DNA of 63,986 nucleotides, counting the filler, from Perkinsus olseni (lineage: Eukaryota), in assembly GCA_013115125.1 (NCBI GenBank). It is 4 parts of 4 records of this genome, joined end to end, with 100 filler letters (N's around TTAATTAATTAA, not from the genome) between each part and the next. Parts side by side here need not be neighbours in the genome. Positions count along the whole stretch, not along the records: positions 52,589 to 63,986 come from JABANN010000831.1; 3 more parts are not named here. One strand, given 5' to 3'. Made by a program: the position numbers and the translations under genes. Position 1 is the stretch's first letter. Each line of letters opens with the position of its first letter. Under the pieces are notes generated by a model. It ran no database searches. It was not told where the DNA came from and saw only the letters and a list, made by a program, of their open reading frames with translations. Below are positions 61,601-63,986 of the stretch, piece by piece.

Positions 61601-63525
61601 CGTCGTATTGAATGCGCAGGCTACTACCGCGTGAACTTGCCGAGGTCGACTCGCCAGCCCTCACCCCCTCCGGTGGAGGTGAGCCGCAGTACCATCTCAC
61701 CGTGATGGCCGTCGAGGGCGCGCATGATCCGGAAGAGGGCCTCGTGGTCCAAGCCGACCCTACAGCCGATCCATCATCGCTATAGAGGAATCTTGGGTTG
61801 ACCCCAGCGCTACCTAGCTGACAAAGATTCTTGAAACTCTAGCCTTGTTATGACAGGGAGCCGCTGCCTCCCACTGGCTGGGGTCTCTCCAGTTGATAAC
61901 GATGCTTCCGGTGTGGTGATGACGTCATGGATCGCCCGAAGACGCGACTGTATGCCAGCACCAAGCAGACCTACAGATGAGTGAGGTCCTCCCATCAAGA
62001 AAGAGGAGTAGTCTCGCTTCAATACAGCCCCTGCTGTGTGCCGGAGGCTGACTTCCCATACCACATCTCAGTGAACGCTTCGTGGAATCGCACACTATAC
62101 TCTGTGTTATCTGGTCGGACATGAGTCGAGCTCTTTCCTCGTAGTTTTCAAGTTTGAGGATACCGTTGATAATTTTCATTATAGAAACAGCTCATGGAAT
62201 GCTTTCGAGTAGGGTATGGTCCATTGAGGGGATGTCCCGTCCGGCGACGGTCGAACTGTGAAGGGCCGATGGACTCACCAGCGGGTATGGCCACCACGGC
62301 TGCTCCAAAAATAACTGCAAAAATTGATATAATACGTCCGCCGGTAGAGTAGTCTGATATGTGGGGGAATTCCCCGAGTAATACGATGAGAGTGTGGTAC
62401 ATGGAGAGGGGTATCGAGGAGTACCTGAGGGGGCCTACCAACCAGATCGGCTAAGCTGAAGAGGTACCTGTTGTAGCACAGACTGGGAGCTAGGGGCCCC
62501 TCGGGACAATAGAGCATACGCGGATTGTTCTTCTCAAAGTAGTAGTAGAGGCTGCTGAAGACCAGCCAGCAGCTGAGGCCTAAGAACCCTGAGAGGACGA
62601 GGCATTGGCCGGTGAAGCCACACTGAATGCTACTCGCACCCGTGGTGATAAAAAAATGCCTTTGCCTGCTGAAGGCCTCCTGGAGGGTCTCCATGCCCTC
62701 GACTGGAGTGTATCGCTCGCCTTCGACTGGAATACCATGATGATCATAGTCGTAGTACTCATCTTCAGAGGTAGATTGACAAAGGAGTGGTATGAGAGTG
62801 GACATCCATTGTGAGTAGATAACATAAGGCCAGCCTAGCAGCGGTACCAGGATAGCAAGACTGAGGTAGTAGGGCACGACGGCAACTGCCAGTACCTGGT
62901 GAAGGGACAACGATAAGAGTGCCAAGCCGAGTAATCAGAATACATCGACTCCGGCACGCAGCTCAGTCACACAAAGACCGGGCAAGCCGCCCGCAGCCTT
63001 CCACCGAAAGGTTACCCACCCAGATTCGTCGTTGCACCCCTCCTCCCCCGTGTAGCTCCTTGACCACTGCAACTCCAAGGATTGTTGTTAGTGCTAGAGC
63101 CAAGGCCAGCTGATAGGCTTGCAAGGCGATCCATGCCCAGAGGGGTAGGGAGAGGTTATCACTGTTGGTGATGATACCGAAGACCACGAACGAGAGAGCA
63201 CCCAGGAGAGCTAATAACCAGTCTGATCGGAGCAGTGCGGCCAGACGAGCCTGACAAGCGGCAGCTAGAAGTGTCAGAAAAGTCCCGAAGCAGTCTTCAC
63301 CTTGCCTTTCACCTTCAATGCCATCTGGCTCTTGCACAAGGCCTCAGTGACTATGGTTGGAGGTAGCTTCTCGCTGACCCTCCGTCGCTGCTGCTGCTGG
63401 TCCTCGAGCATATCCTCCCCTACTACTTGGTACTGGTTTCCCTCATTCTGATGATTAACAAGTAGTGGCGTGTCCAATGACAAAGGTGGTATCTCTCGAT
63501 GGTCCTTCGTCGTCAATAATGCCAT
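58684..63525 (-). CDS. Voltage-gated ion channel superfamily protein with four tandem 6TM repeats and an IQ-like motif, multi-exon
   Basis: Repeated S2/S3 (FTxExxxRLY...VDxLSILP), S4 (RLLRLCRIL; FRVFRIFRVL; RVLLLVRVFK), and pore-S6 blocks (LLGEFP, LSGESP, LTGDFP, LGGDWG, each followed by DY/F-S/T..G and xPxG). In-frame splice joins can be traced between repeats. Confidence 0.8.
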
Positions 63526-63971
63526 CAACTTTCAACAATTTGAGAGCCCTTCGATCATCTAAGTCCTGATTGATAGAGCAGAGAACACCCAAGCCGTGAG
63601 GATCCCATCGACTCGCTTGCGACTGGGGTCGCTTCTGCTTTGCGCCATTCGGACGCCCATTGTGACTGAGTAATGAACCAAAGGCCTTCGTATCCGAGGA
63701 AGCGAACATATGTGACATCTAGAGTAAAGACGACGACTAGGAGGATGATGATTGATGGATGGATGGCCGAATGGTTGATAGCAAACCAGACCGCTACAAG
63801 TGAAAACGTCTTTCTAAAAAGGCTACGGGTGTAGCTGTCGATCGGAGCTTGAACGCGACACCAAGAGCAGCGGAAACAATGGAATTATCATCAACGATGA
63901 TAAGAATTATTGTTGAACAATATTCGACCGAGAACGCAGAACCATGAGAGCCCTTTGGGCTGCTGGCTCTG

Positions 63972-63986
63972 GTTGTTGTTGTTGTT
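63972..63986. repeat. (GTT)n microsatellite running to window end
   Basis: Five GTT units read directly. Confidence 0.85.

Noticed and set aside
1-63986. GTT runs at both window ends as telomeres or evidence of circularity
   Set aside because: Simple trinucleotide microsatellites on different concatenated contigs; not a recognised telomeric unit.

Overview
Eukaryotic, intron-rich protist DNA, most consistent with a Perkinsus-type alveolate (inferred from ~45-60 nt introns, dense genes and lineage-specific secreted families; not provable here). The window joins four contigs (1-17440, 17541-34973, 35074-52488, 52589-63986) with identical artificial 100-nt linkers (N44-TTAATTAATTAA-N44), so adjacency across linkers has no biological meaning. 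Recognisable genes: an intronless purple acid phosphatase, a SHIPPO/ODF3-repeat protein, a full ABCB (MDR/P-glycoprotein) transporter plus the 3' end of a near-identical copy, PP2A B'' regulatory subunit, L-2-hydroxyglutarate dehydrogenase, a fidgetin-like AAA ATPase, and a multi-exon ion channel. Most interesting observations: (1) the channel appears to be one polypeptide of four 6TM repeats whose pore loops read GE/GE/GD/GD rather than GYG; (2) a Helitron-like relic carrying RPA70-like OB-fold and USP protease fragments between direct repeats; (3) several families of conserved 18-27 bp motifs recurring in short introns of unrelated genes; (4) a 789-bp foldback element with a CACTA-like end just upstream of a secreted-protein gene; (5) a Thr-rich gene with about 20 copies of an acidic F-G/E-E-x-x-G-x-V motif. 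Exon boundaries were read by eye and are approximate.
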